Shown here: positions 12,066-24,700 of the stretch, one piece after another
How the letters are laid out: the number at the start of each line of letters is the position of its first letter
Numbering within the stretch: the first letter of the stretch is position 1
Origin: Vicugna vicugna
Taxonomy: Eukaryota
Reading direction: 5' to 3'
Assembly (NCBI GenBank): GCA_013265495.1
Contig: MU058781.1
Span: 724,963-788,962 of the forward strand
DNA length: 64,000 nt
The notes under the pieces: model-generated
What the model was told of the DNA's origin: nothing
What the model saw: only the letters and a program-made list of their open reading frames with translations
The model's database searches: none
Translations under genes and position numbers: made by a program

Positions 12066-14329
12066 AAGTTCTAAGCTACTTCAGCAAAAGGTATTGAAGA
12101 GAGACAGTACTAAAGAATTGAGTATTAATTCTATAGATGAGGAATAGCAAATACGTTTCATTTGACAGTTAATTTCTGCACATTTCAAGAGAAACCTGTC
12201 TCTCTCTCTGTGTCTCTCCCTCTGCCCCCACTCATATGTATATGGCTTTCTGTTACATACTCCTTGAGGTTAACCTTGTCTTTATTCTGTTAGGACATTG
12301 GGCATGTTTCGATGAAAATTAATGTTCTTAATAGTGCAAACTTTTTAAAAAGTCAGTGTTTAGCTTGTCTTTCACTTCTGAGATTTGAGCATTGAAAGAA
12401 GGCATTTTGTTGTTGCTGCTATCATAATTAAAATTTTAAGGAAAATGCTACCTGTCATTTCTCACACCAACTACTGGAGTACACGAATATGAACTTGGAA
12501 GTTTGGGATACCAGAGAAAAGAGCTCCTGAGCTTGGGAGAGAGCGTGGGAAGCTTGGGAAATTCCAGAATATAGAGATAGCATACCATTGAGTCTGTGGT
12601 CAAAAATTAAGGAATCTTAAAAGTCATCCCTGGCCATTTGAGTACAAGTATGTTGGCTATCTGAGGAAGCCATGTCATCATTAAAACCTCTACTTATCTT
12701 CCACTGATATCAGACAGATGTTTCCTTGTGCTCCAGCACTTCCTTGGAATCCTTTAGAACAATCTTGAGCAGATACCTCTCTGAACCATCCTGGATGTGT
12801 CTAAGCTTTCCTATGCAGTTCTACCATCTCCCCTCCAAAAGAACAAAATAAAGAAGGCGACTCTTTCATAGAGTTAGATGTGGAATGGAACTGGTAACTC
12901 TAGTCCTATAATCTTGGACTGGAAAGTGGCAAAACCCGTTAGTGTTGCCAGGAATGATAAGCTGGGAATTGTACAAGGGCCTGTGTCTGAACTGAGGGAA
13001 TAAAACATCTGTTCTCATTTAGTAATGTCTACAGTGAATTCAGAAGGGGGACTGTTAGCATATAGTTTGTATTTGTAACCACTACTATGGTTAAGAAGAA
13101 TTTCCGAAATAGCAATATTTGGGCTTGTTAGGCCCATTTAGAATCTAGGGATTGCATAATAGTAATCTGTAGAACTAAACAAAAAGGAGACCATTAGTAA
13201 GAGAGGTCATGAATTGGTGTACCTCAGCCTTCTATTAAAGGGACCGTTGTCTTTGAGATGATTACATAGGGATGCAGGATAAAAAGAGTTCTTCCTCGTA
13301 TTTCATGTCTGAGAAATTGAAGGCTGGGAGTGCTTCAGCACTCACCAAATCACAGAGGCAGGAATAGCAGAGAAGAGACTCAAACTTGCAAACTCACACC
13401 AAATTTGCTAGGCCACAATGTAATATAAATTATTTTTAATGTTCTTTCTCTTTTGGCATAATAAAATGTTTAAGGCATATTTGCTATAGCTATTGCATTA
13501 AACATTTAAACTTCAGTATCTTTTACAGCTGTGAAAAAGATCCCCAAATAATATTTTTCTCCATTTGTGTTATTTAAACATCAAGCCTAGCAAAAAAATT
13601 AAGCTTTTGGTTTTGTTTTGAAGAAAGAACATTTCTATTAGCATTTGCATGCTTTTATGTCTTGAAAATTAAACAGCAAAATTATGAAAAACTCTGTAAA
13701 TTTAACTTCGAAGTTAAATTTTTAAAAAGACATATAAGGAACATTGGTGCCTTGGTACTGAAAGAGAAGAATGTTTTCATATTTTAAATACTTGTTTAAA
13801 AATTCCTATTTTCTATTGTAAATGGTGGGTTAAGCTTCTTGAACATAAAATAAGACAATGTTTTATTCAAAGAGAGTTGTTTGTGATACATTTGTGAGAA
13901 TTCAGAAAAATTTAACTTTGACAAATAATCCACCAATAGCAAAGTGATATATAAACATACAAAGATCAATTTGGACACAGTTTTTGTTGAAAATACACTT
14001 GGTAGTCTTATCTGTATTATCTGGTTATTTTGAAATTCAAATATACCTGTTTAGGGATTACAGTCTCTGATCATCATAGGTATAAAATGTTTAATTTATG
14101 TTGTCTCACTATATGATATCATAACTATCATTAAAGAAGAATTTCATTTGTTGTAACCTATGGTTTGGTACCTGGCCCAGTGAGAACCTACTGACACAGG
14201 AATGCAGGTGACATCACAACTTATGACTTAAAGTGTGAACGTGAGAATTTCGGGGGCTGGTCGTGAATAGACTGTTCTGTTGTTTTTAAGTAAACATTTT
14301 ACTGAAGTAAAACATATTGTTGGAGAAAC

Positions 14330-15433
14330 GGGCCTAAGACTGATGTAATATCTCATCCTCCAAAAAAAGAAAGCCCATCTTTAGTGGAAAAATACTAAAA
14401 AAGTATCCTAGAAATCAGGGTACTGATTATAGGAATGGAATTCAAATGTGCATAGAGTTTAAGATGATAGAACAGAAAGGCAGTGTTTCTGAAGGAAACA
14501 GGCTAAAAAGAGAACAAGGAAATAGGCTAAAAGAGAACAAGCATAGAAAGAGTAGTAAAGGAAAAACACATGAAGGAGAAATTCAAATAACTCTTAAGTC
14601 ATAAAAGAAACGATAACAATCAAATGACACAGACCCCTCTCTCCACAACATCATCTCAAAAGAAAACCATTAAATAAATTTTACTTTGCTACTGATAACT
14701 GAGGATGCCCTTTAAATAGGAACTGTATATACTGCCAACCTCTGCAATACATGCATAGATTATAAAGAGAAAACAGAAAACCATGATCAAAATATTTCAA
14801 AAATAAATGCCAAAAAGACATAACATGCAACAGAAGAAACTGTAGTACGGTATTCCAGATACATTAAATATCCTCAAATAAGTACTTGGAGATTTTAAAA
14901 AATGAAAAATTTAAAAAATAGGGACCAAAAGAAAGAAGGAGAAATGAAACAGAAGACTTTACTCAAGAAATGGAACAAAAGGATGCAGTCTTGTCAACAA
15001 TTACATACTTCCTAATGTAAAATAAATCACAATAAAATTTTGATAAGGAGAACTGAAGAAAGAAGGAAATCAACTGGGTACATGCAGATGAGATAGAGGA
15101 AGAAGTTTAAGTTGTCAGAAAAAAAAAAATCAGTTGAAATAGAAGCCAGACAAAGAAGATCCAATGAATGTATAATTTGAATCCCTGAAGAAAAACAGAA
15201 AAGTAAAGAAGCAAAAGCTAATATCTAAAATCATAATGCAAGAAAAAATTCTGAAAATTAAATATATGAGTCTATTGATTAAAAGCATCGTCTGAGATTA
15301 TACCATGCATAAAATTGACCCATTTAACTTTAAATATTAAAAAATATTCATGGACTCAAGGCAAAATAGTCAAATAATTTATATGTACCAGAGAGTTCCA
15401 CTGGCATCAGGCTTTTTAAAAAACAATATACAG
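14330..15433 (+). mobile_element. Degenerate L1/HAL1 ORF1-region fragment
   Basis: Strongly A-rich strand. AGACAAAGAAGATCCAATGAATGTATAATTTGAATCCCTGAAGAA and CACTGGCATCAGGCTT resemble L1/HAL1 ORF1 conserved blocks. No open frame remains. Confidence 0.6.
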
Positions 15434-15487
15434 GAGATATATACAGAATATACATATTCTGTATATATATCTGTATACAATATACAG

Positions 15488-15830
15488 AAGATGGAGGATT
15501 AGAAATCACCAGAATCCGTGTCCTTATCTGGACAACAATTGCAATGGGAGCATTTATCTGATGTAACTATTTTGGGACTCTGGATACTATTGAATGCTTA
15601 CAACTCCTGGGCTTGGATGGTAAATTGTGGTTAACTTTGGTCAGTTTCAGCTCTTGGCTAGGTAGTGGCCACCCACCTCGTGTCCTTTAACCCTATGGCA
15701 GACGACTGTGCATGTGTTACTGCAGTAGCTTACACAGAGCTTGTGAGAGGCAGGGTGGGCTGGTAAACCCGTGGTCTCCACGTATCAGGAACCCACACTC
15801 AGATCACAGGTCACAGTTTCTAATCTCTTC
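15488..15830 (+). mobile_element. Old L1 (L1M-type) 5' UTR fragment
   Basis: Starts AAGATGG (the YY1-type L1 start), followed by GACAACAATTGCA...TCTGATGTAACTATTTTGGGACTCTGGA...GCTTGGATGGTAAATTG...TTTCAGCTCTT. Confidence 0.7.
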
Positions 15831-15859
15831 AACAAGAAGATGACTGGGAAAATTTTGGC

Positions 15860-16730
15860 AAACCTACTTCTAGGAGTTTACTCTAAAGGTTGACCTGTGA
15901 TATACAAATATATGCATGAGCAGAGTTCCTCACTACTGCATTGCTAACAACAAAATATTGGTAATATATTGGTGACCATGTAAATTTTTATAAATTGAAG
16001 TTTGGTTCAGTAAACTAGAATAGCACACAAAATGGATTACTCCGCTACCGTAAAAGAAGGAGAAGAAAGGAGATCAAGGGGAAGGAAGAATTTGATCTAT
16101 ATAAACAAATACAGAAACATTTCTAAAATTCATTGTTAAGTAAAAATCAAAATGTAAGTGAATATATGTATATTTTACCTTTTGTGTGCAAAAGCAGGGG
16201 CAATAAAATAAGTTTGTTATCTGAAAGGAGTGAGTGGAAATAGAATGAAAGGCTTGGGGAATGGGAACAGACACTTCTGTAAGTACACTTTTTCTGTAGT
16301 TTTGACATTTGAAGTCATTTTTGTATTTTACATTTTCAATAAAATAAAATAAAATCAACAAGAATGTAGTAAAACCATAACATGGAATGCAGACGTACAT
16401 GAATGCATTTTAAATGAATAGCATAATCGCACTGAAGAGGAGGGGTGAAACTAATCTAATGACTAGTTTTCTAACATAGTGTTTTGATTATACATTCTAG
16501 AATGAAGGAACAGTAAATGTGTTTTGAACTCTAGTTAGGAGATTGTTTTTGTGCTAGTATAGATTAACAATTATAAAACTACTTTCAGTGTATTCTAGAA
16601 CTGAGCAAGTGAGTAAACATATTGAAGATACTGGGAGTTAGACAAAGGAAATCTGGAAGACCAGACTGAATTCTATGGTGATGGATTGGACTTAGAATTA
16701 TAAGAATGAACTCATGATTTTCATCTCTAA
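15860..16730 (+). mobile_element. Old L1 (L1MC/L1ME-type) 3' region
   Basis: ACTTCTAGGAGTTTACTCTAAAG, AATGGATTACTCCGCTACCGTAAAA, CTACTTTCAGTGTATTCTAG...TGAGCAAGTGAGTAAA and ATGAACTCATGATTT. Confidence 0.65.
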
Positions 16731-16848
16731 GTAGGTAGGTAGGTAGGTAGATAGATAGATAGGTAGATAGATAGATAGTTTTCATCTCTAAGTAGATGGA
16801 TGGATGGATAGTTAGCTAGCTAGACAGACAGACAAACAGATAGATATC
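16731..16848. repeat. Compound tetranucleotide microsatellite (TAGG/TAGA/TGGA/TAGC/CAGA)
   Basis: Read directly. It is interrupted by a second copy of TTTTCATCTCTAAGTAG. Confidence 0.95.
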
Positions 16849-17419
16849 TATTGCTAATTAGACAGCACTGTGAAAATAACAAAACTGACGAAATCTTCAC
16901 GTTGGGTTGTTTGTTTTTATCTGCTTCCTTCTTAGCTTCTAAACCTTTTATCTTGTACAACTTAAAAATTTGGGAAATGCAATTACTCTCTCTACATCTC
17001 TTCTTAGGGATTATGGCCCTTTCAATACCTAGATTGATTGGTTGCCCTGAACTCTTAATACTTTTGAGAATCCCCCATATCTGCTCTTTGACAAGTCACC
17101 CTCTCTCTGACTCCCTGGACCCCATGCCAACAGTTGGAAAATACTCTAAAGGGAGAAGTGTTGTGCAGAATGCTGGTCTACCTAATAGGACTTCCTTTTT
17201 CTCTGAGATCTTGCTCTTTAAAGCCCTAACTGCTCTGGCAGCTGTCCAGTACTTTCTATCAGATGATTTTTTGCATATCATTTGGCTTCTGTGCTGATCT
17301 TGGTGGGGACATTGATTTGTTATGAACTTATCCGCTATAGCCTGAAGCAGAATCTAGAAGACAAAAATTATTTCACCACTGATTTTGATTTAGTTATTAC
17401 ATTTCCAGTGTATGATAGT

Positions 17420-17610
17420 ATTTCAGTATATGTGGCCCTGAGCTAGATATATCTGGGTCTAAATCCACGCTCCATCACTTACTATGTGACTTTGAGAAAG
17501 TGTTCTAAATCTTCCTAAGATTGGCTCTTTTCATCTATGGAATGAGGATAGTAATAGTCATGATCTTCTAGCATTAATGTGATGCATAACTGTAATAATG
17601 CACATAATAT
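17420..17610 (+). mobile_element. MIR SINE
   Basis: CTGGGTCTAAATCCACGCTCCATCACTTACTATGTGACTTTGAGAAAG...TTTTCATCTATGGAATGAGGATAGTAATAGT. Confidence 0.85.
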
Positions 17611-20600
17611 TAAATATAAACCACTTTCGTAGCTCTTAGAGAGTAAATACTAAAACATACTTGAGATTAGTGCAGCTGCCATTTTTCTGCCTTTGCCATA
17701 CGTTGACCGCATACCAGTCCTCAAAAAAGAACTAATCTGTGCTTTTAGGACTTTAAAATAGATGGATCCACCATGGGCAAAAGAGACATATGTTCTTAAA
17801 ATACCCGTTTATGGAAAACTTTGTATAGTTTTACTTTGAGTAATCACGTTTAAAAATCGCTGAGTAATCAAGTTTAAAATCATGTTTTTTTCCATGGTAC
17901 GTCCTTCAAGAATTCTAGAACTACATTTACTTTTTATCATATTATCATCACAGGACAGTTATTTAAAAGGCCATTCATAAACTACACTGAGGGAAGAACT
18001 TTAAGGAAAAGGAAACATTGAAAGATGTGTTCGGAAGGACCCAGTCCCAGGTCTGGTATTATTTTGTAAACTTACTTGACTAGGATAACAAGAAAATGTT
18101 GAACAAAATAAATGTACATTGGCCTTGAAGAAGAAACCGAAGTTAATCAATAGACCAATGCAGCATTTTCCTTCTTTACCTTCTTTTCTTATTTTGATTA
18201 TGGAAATAGATAATATTGTATCCATTCCACAACCAAAATATATAAAATTAAGTATTCAATTTGACATGGACTGGCAAAAGTTTGACATAAAAATACACAA
18301 AATTGTTAGTATGGAATCTGGGTATTTTTAAATTTTATTTTGATTTCTGTTATTGTTATGTTATTATTATAGGTTAGTAGTTCAAAATACAGTAACCCCA
18401 GGGATTAAATAATGATGGTGGGTAGAGTATGGAATAAAAGCTAACTTTAGTAAAAATGTCCTCTGGTTACACTTACTGTATTCTGATACTAGCAAGCTAG
18501 CCAATACCAAGTTCTTCCAAAGAAAAGGAATATTAAATACTCTATGAAAGTAATTTTTACATCTCTTAATTTAAATATTAAAATCTGACCAAGGAAACAA
18601 TCTAAGATTTAAGTTAAACAACTTAAAATATTTCTGAAGAATTGACTCTTAAGCCATCTGAACTGGAGGTAGGTTTTTATAATTTCCTGTGAAATTGCCT
18701 TATTGTCCTGCCTGAAAATTTTATCTGTCACAGAACTGAAAAAATATTCAGTAGGTGAAATACTATTACAGAGAAAGATATTCTTATCAGCACCTTATTC
18801 TGTTAGGAATTTGGTTATTATGAATTCCTCACCAGGTCCCTGTGTACACAGTGATGCACTGTTTATCTTTCACAGTGATATGGAAGGCCTGAGAAATACC
18901 GTTATTCTCATCTTGGAAACCAAATCTCCAATAGGAGTCTTCTGCATTAACTGTTTGAAAAGAGACTTAAATACAAAGCACAAAATTATTATGCTCTCTC
19001 ACTCCAGAAAAATTCCAGTTTGTCAATCTGCACACAATAGCTTTGCAGAATTGAGAAAAAAATAATCCAAAAATCTAAAGTCATTATGTTTAACTTCAGG
19101 TCTTTAACATAATATGCTTAATGAAAATTTGTTTGCCATTGTCTACTAGGAAGAAATTAAGGTAATTTAAATGCAGAATTCCTTACCTGATAAATGACCT
19201 GAATCTTAGCTATAAATAAATAAAACAAGTGTTCAGAATCTTAGAGAATGAAAGGTTCCATAAGGACTGACAAATGTTTTAATAACACATGAATTTTTAT
19301 GCCATTGGTGATATAACTGGAAATCAAAAAGTATATTAAATATGAACAACATATAGAAATATCATAGTTTATCATTTCAAATTTTTTTATTTGTGCATAT
19401 TTGTTTGGATATGCACAACATATGAACATATGAAATTTGAGATTGAAAACATCTCATTCATTATTCAAACCTTATTTAAAACAACTCTGCACGAACCAAG
19501 AAAGAAGAATTTTCACCTCTTTCTCATATGGTGATAGAGAAATGATGACTGGAAATCATTTATCATTTATGTTGTTTCAGAAACAATGCAACTCAAGGCA
19601 AGAGCTGAGGGAACCAGTATCTCAAATTTTAAGAAACCCACTGACAAAAAATAGCCTTTCAATATTCTGCTCTTCCCCTTCGTTCTGAAATAGTATTCCT
19701 TTTCTGGAAACCTTTATTCTAGAATTTCTCAAATTTCAGGTGATCTCCAAGCCAGAACTGATAGAGGAAACCGAGACCTTCAGGTAGCCTCAAACGTTGG
19801 GAAGGCAGGCCAGAACCGTGCAAACACCCATGTCAGAGTGTTGGGATTGGTTAGTTCACTAACGGGATGAGGAAGAGGTTCAGACACTACCCATAAAATG
19901 ATCGTCAACTTGACTCTTTTTTAAAGAGTAAAAGAAAATGGATGAGAAAGGAGAACATAAAGAAGACTGGCAGCAAAAATGAGGTTCTGCAATGGGTGTT
20001 TCAGAAGGGATGAGACAGCCATTCAGAGTTCACGACCATAACCATCACCAGTTCAGACCCCTGCCTCCACGGAAAACACTGTTATGTTAAAGGGATGCTC
20101 CCCAGTATGGTTAGGGAATCTGGGTAAGTTGGTGGGGAAGGGGAAATCAAAACCCTTCAGGTCTAGGACCACACCATCCACCATAGGCAGGTACTGCTCT
20201 AGCCAGAAAAAATATGTAGTGGTTGACATTAAGAATAGTTTTGAACCACAATTAATTTAAATTGTGTATGCTTTATTTTGACATGAAAAAAAAAGATGAA
20301 TAGTTGGGTAGTTTACAAATGTTTCCATCAATTACAGTTAAATAATGGCTTTTCATGAAAATAAGTTAAATCCCAAATAATCCAGGAAAATCTCTTATCT
20401 AATGTCTGTCTAATGTAGTCTCTATCCTTAAATTGAGATCCCTGAACTCAACATGGAATCTGTATTTTTTGAAGTTTTGAGATTTCCTGCTTCTAACACA
20501 AAGCTCTCTGAAGGTAGTAAGTGTTGGAGGAGAGGGAACAAACAAACAAACAAAATCTTTAATCAATGAATTATTCAGTTAAAATAACAGAAGGTCTTTT

Positions 20601-21737
20601 TTTTATTGTTATGTTTCTTTTAGATATTACTCATTTGATATTTTCCTGAGTTGTTAAAATATTAAAAAGTATTTCTCAAAGCAGACATTTGCTATCATCA
20701 TTTCAGACAGCTTGATTTCTACACTAATTTTATGATTAGGGAAAAAGGCATGGTAGATAATGAGGGATTATATCTTAGACTTGAGATCAGTATAGATAAG
20801 GTTCAATACAGATTTTTTTAAAGTAACCCCAAAAGGTCTTAAATTGTTAGTATATTTTATATTACTCCCAAACTGAACTTGGAAACCATTTTTTTAGTTT
20901 TTGTTACAGGGACTCACATCATGCATAGTTGTTACAAACTTTTTAGAGAAAGTTCAATATCAAGAAGCAAATTTGAAAAAAAATTTCATATCTTCAATAA
21001 TAAAGCAATTCTGAGGCAGACAAAAATTACATTAAGAAATAAATTAATGTTTACTTCTCACAATTCTCGGTTTAAACAATTTTTCCAATGGATTTATGCT
21101 TGTTAGGTGTATAATACCTATTCCTCCTTATGTGAAATATGTTTTAATCTAAGGTTTGTCAAAATAAATTTTCTTCACTTTTATTAATTTATACTTTGAT
21201 TTGCCAAAATATTCCATTTTGTACTCAATATAGCTATGATTTTTTAAAGACATTGGGACTCTTTTTTAATAACAAATCCAGATTTTTATTTATCTTTAAG
21301 TAATAACTAATTTCTAGAAATATTTATCAGTTAAAATATGACTCACCAAAAGCCTTTTAATTTCATATCCTATTCATAAACCTAAATAAAATATCCCACA
21401 AGACTTTTTTACACATCAGATATTTGAATTTTCAGATCTGAACTCAGATAATACATCCTTCTCTCATCAGTGTCATTCAAAGTGACACCCACTTCCTTGC
21501 ATTTTCTCAAAGCTCAAGCTGCTATGAGAATTGTAACTTTGGTGCAGTGTCCATAAACCAATTACTGTAGGTGTTTATGTGTTCCAAGAATGAGCAGGGG
21601 GAGCGGACGGAAGTGGAGGGAAGAAGGACCCACACAGGGAGGAGGACAAGCCGGGTTAACAGGCCAGCAGATTTGTAGGCACAGAATAAGCAGGTCTCAC
21701 CCCTAATGAGCAGAATCAGGCAACTTTAATTCATGTC

Positions 21738-21758
21738 TTTTTTTTTTTTTTTTTTTTT
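21738..21758. repeat. Poly(T) tract
   Basis: Uninterrupted run of about 21 T. Confidence 0.9.
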
Positions 21759-24700
21759 TAATACAGAACCCTGTTTAGGAGGCGGTTAGATTAGTCTTGC
21801 ATGGTCAAAGGGAACAACACTGACATGTTAGTTGATCAGAAAGATGTTTTCACACTGTTTCTCGTAGATGGTCTCTGGAGACGACCCTCAGTCTCTCTCT
21901 GTCTGTCTCTCTTTTTTTAATTACCAAGCATGACATTCATGGTTATTTCTTCTTTCCACCCAGTTGACTACAAAGGGCCCAGCTCCTCAGCCCCTTGTTG
22001 GTCAGGACTGGGGAGGAAGTGACAGAAGGCTGGCCTTATTTACCTTCGCGGCTTCCCGGTGTAATGTGGTTAATCGTGTGGCTAATGGGAGGGCACCACG
22101 GGCCCCCACACACTGCGCTCCACAATGAAGACTCATTCATATTTAATACAATGGAGTGTTTAAGTCATTGCACGCTTTGTGGAGAAGATCGGCTTTCTTT
22201 GTGTGGCGTCTCCTGAGAGGCCCTTCCCCTCCTCCCCCATCAGACAGGCATATGTTCCAGCTCCTGCCTGCTGCAGCTGGACCAGGGACAAGCAGGCTTC
22301 TTTCTCTTTCTTTCTTTCTTTCTTCTTCTTTTTTTTTTTTTTCTCAAACCAATGAATGGATGGCTGCGGTGTGAAATGTGGACTGAAATGGTCCCCCCTG
22401 CCCTGTGGATGCATATATTAGCCTTTTGCTATTCCACTGTTTCACAGCAAGACATCTTAAGAGGAAGCAGGGCTCGTGTTCCTCAAGTTTGCCATTGTGC
22501 GGACAACAATCTGTTGAGCACAAAAGAAAAATAAATAAATAAGAGCAGGGGAGATGTTGACCTTGTTCCTTTAATATCGCACATGTGTGGGGCTCCTGAA
22601 ACAGGCGCTCGGGAGGAAATAAAGGGAGCTCAGGGGTGGGGGGTGGGAAATAGTCCTGCTCTACACAGAACTGTAAAACAACCAAAACTGAGAAGAGAGT
22701 CTCATCCAGACACTACCCCTTGGCCCTTGGATTTGATTTTAGAGGGGGAAAAAAATGAGTTCTCATTAGTCCTAATGGGATAGATAATGGATACACAGAT
22801 TCTGTCACACCCCACTGGATAAACTGACATTTTTGAGAATAATGGAAATTAATTGATTGACTTTTGGTTTCTGAAGTGCAGATTTTAATGATCTTAATTG
22901 TTTGAATTTTTTTTTTCAAATTTTGATCTAATTTAAAAGGTGAAATACTGGATCTGTCGTGCTCTACCTTCAATCTATTTCAAGTAGACAACTATTACAC
23001 AGTGTCACTTCTCTTTACTTGGAGGGGTCGTGTAGTGCCTATTTGAATAAGGATGGGCTTTCAGAAGGAAAACGTGGATTTTAACATCTTTACTCTCAAA
23101 TATTATGACCAAATAGAAGACCAAATGAATGACCAAATGTATGAAGACCAAGGTCTTAGAGTTCTAAAATCTTTCATAAACTCTGAATATCTCAAGTCCT
23201 CTGGTTAAAAGATCTTGTAGAGTGAATTTTTATAAGTGTGACAAAGAGCGTTTCTGTTTAGAACAACAAACAAACAAAAACTCAAAGATAATGAGTTTCC
23301 ATTTGCAGCTGCAGTAGTTTTGATTCAACCGAACAAATAATGTATTCTGCTGAAATGACTATATATAAAGTAATACTATGTACGTATGAGCCCTACTCTT
23401 GGATTAATGAAAGACAGAATTATTCACTATTGGAGTATACAACCAAAGGAGACGATGACATTTATTTTTAAAACAATACAGAGCTTCGCTGGTCTAGGGC
23501 CATGTTGATGTGATGTAGCCCAAAGCAAAGGATTAGATGGGCTGGTTGATCCCATTTCTTGTAGCCTTATCAGCAATAGTGCACACTGCTGGGTTAGCAA
23601 GGAAAGACGGTAGAAGCCATCCACACAGCTTTGTGCTTACCAAGGCAGTGGATACTTAGCTGTCATCATATAATCCATTGTTTTACTTGCCAATGTTCAG
23701 AAACAAATTGCTTTAAACATTAAAGACTGCATTTATATTGGTTGTTAAAAGGATAACCTTTACAAACTAGCCAAGGCTGCAAAAGAATTTAGCAGTTGCT
23801 TTGGCTGATTCTATAAACCACATGTGAAAACTGCTTGCATTTTCTGTTTATATAAGGCTCTGTTGCCTCTTGGAGTCAGCAACCAGTGTGACTTAAGTTG
23901 TATACAGAATACAACCGTTTTTATTATTGTTTAATGTTCATACACAAAATTACTCTCAAGTGGTGTAAAAGAAAGTATTGACTCTATGTCCTTAAATTTT
24001 TATATAAGTAACCAAGAGAAAACAAATATTTAAAACAGCAAATGAAAGATATTAAAATGAAAGTGTACTTCTAAATGTAATTTATCAAAAGGAAAAAAAA
24101 AAAAAGCTCAGTATAGGGATTAACCCCCCAAAATGTTCAGTGAATGTTGGAAAAGGTTAAATAGAGAAAGAGAGTAAACTCTGCGGGAAGAAAAGTCTTA
24201 AATTAAAACTCTTCAGTGAACTTCATTCAAATATAGGAAACCAAAGTGAACCAGAACCTTAATTAAAGTTTGCTCTTGCAAGCCTCTCTCCACCCCCTGC
24301 CACTCCTTGCCTCCCCAGCTGAGAGGTTTCATCTTCTTACCCTCCACTTCATTAGAGCCTGAACAATCCATTATCCATTTCCTAATCCTCCGCTGCTCCA
24401 AAGAGCAGGGTTATTAGAGTACTTGAAGGGTTGCTGTCATTGTGATGGAGGTGTGAATTGATCACTAAGATGACAACTGGCGACAAGTGTGGTTTATTGG
24501 ACTGCTACTTTGCCTCTTAATTACAGCTGATCAGCCTGCCTGTTAGAGGTGGAAAAGCAGAAGAATTAACGCCTTTTGTTCTTGTCATCTACTACGTTGC
24601 CTTATTGTTTCGATTTCAATGTGACCTTTTCTTCCCCTTTCTCAAAAGACCTAGACATTTCCCAAAGACCACAATAAGGATCCGTATTTTCCAAAATGAA

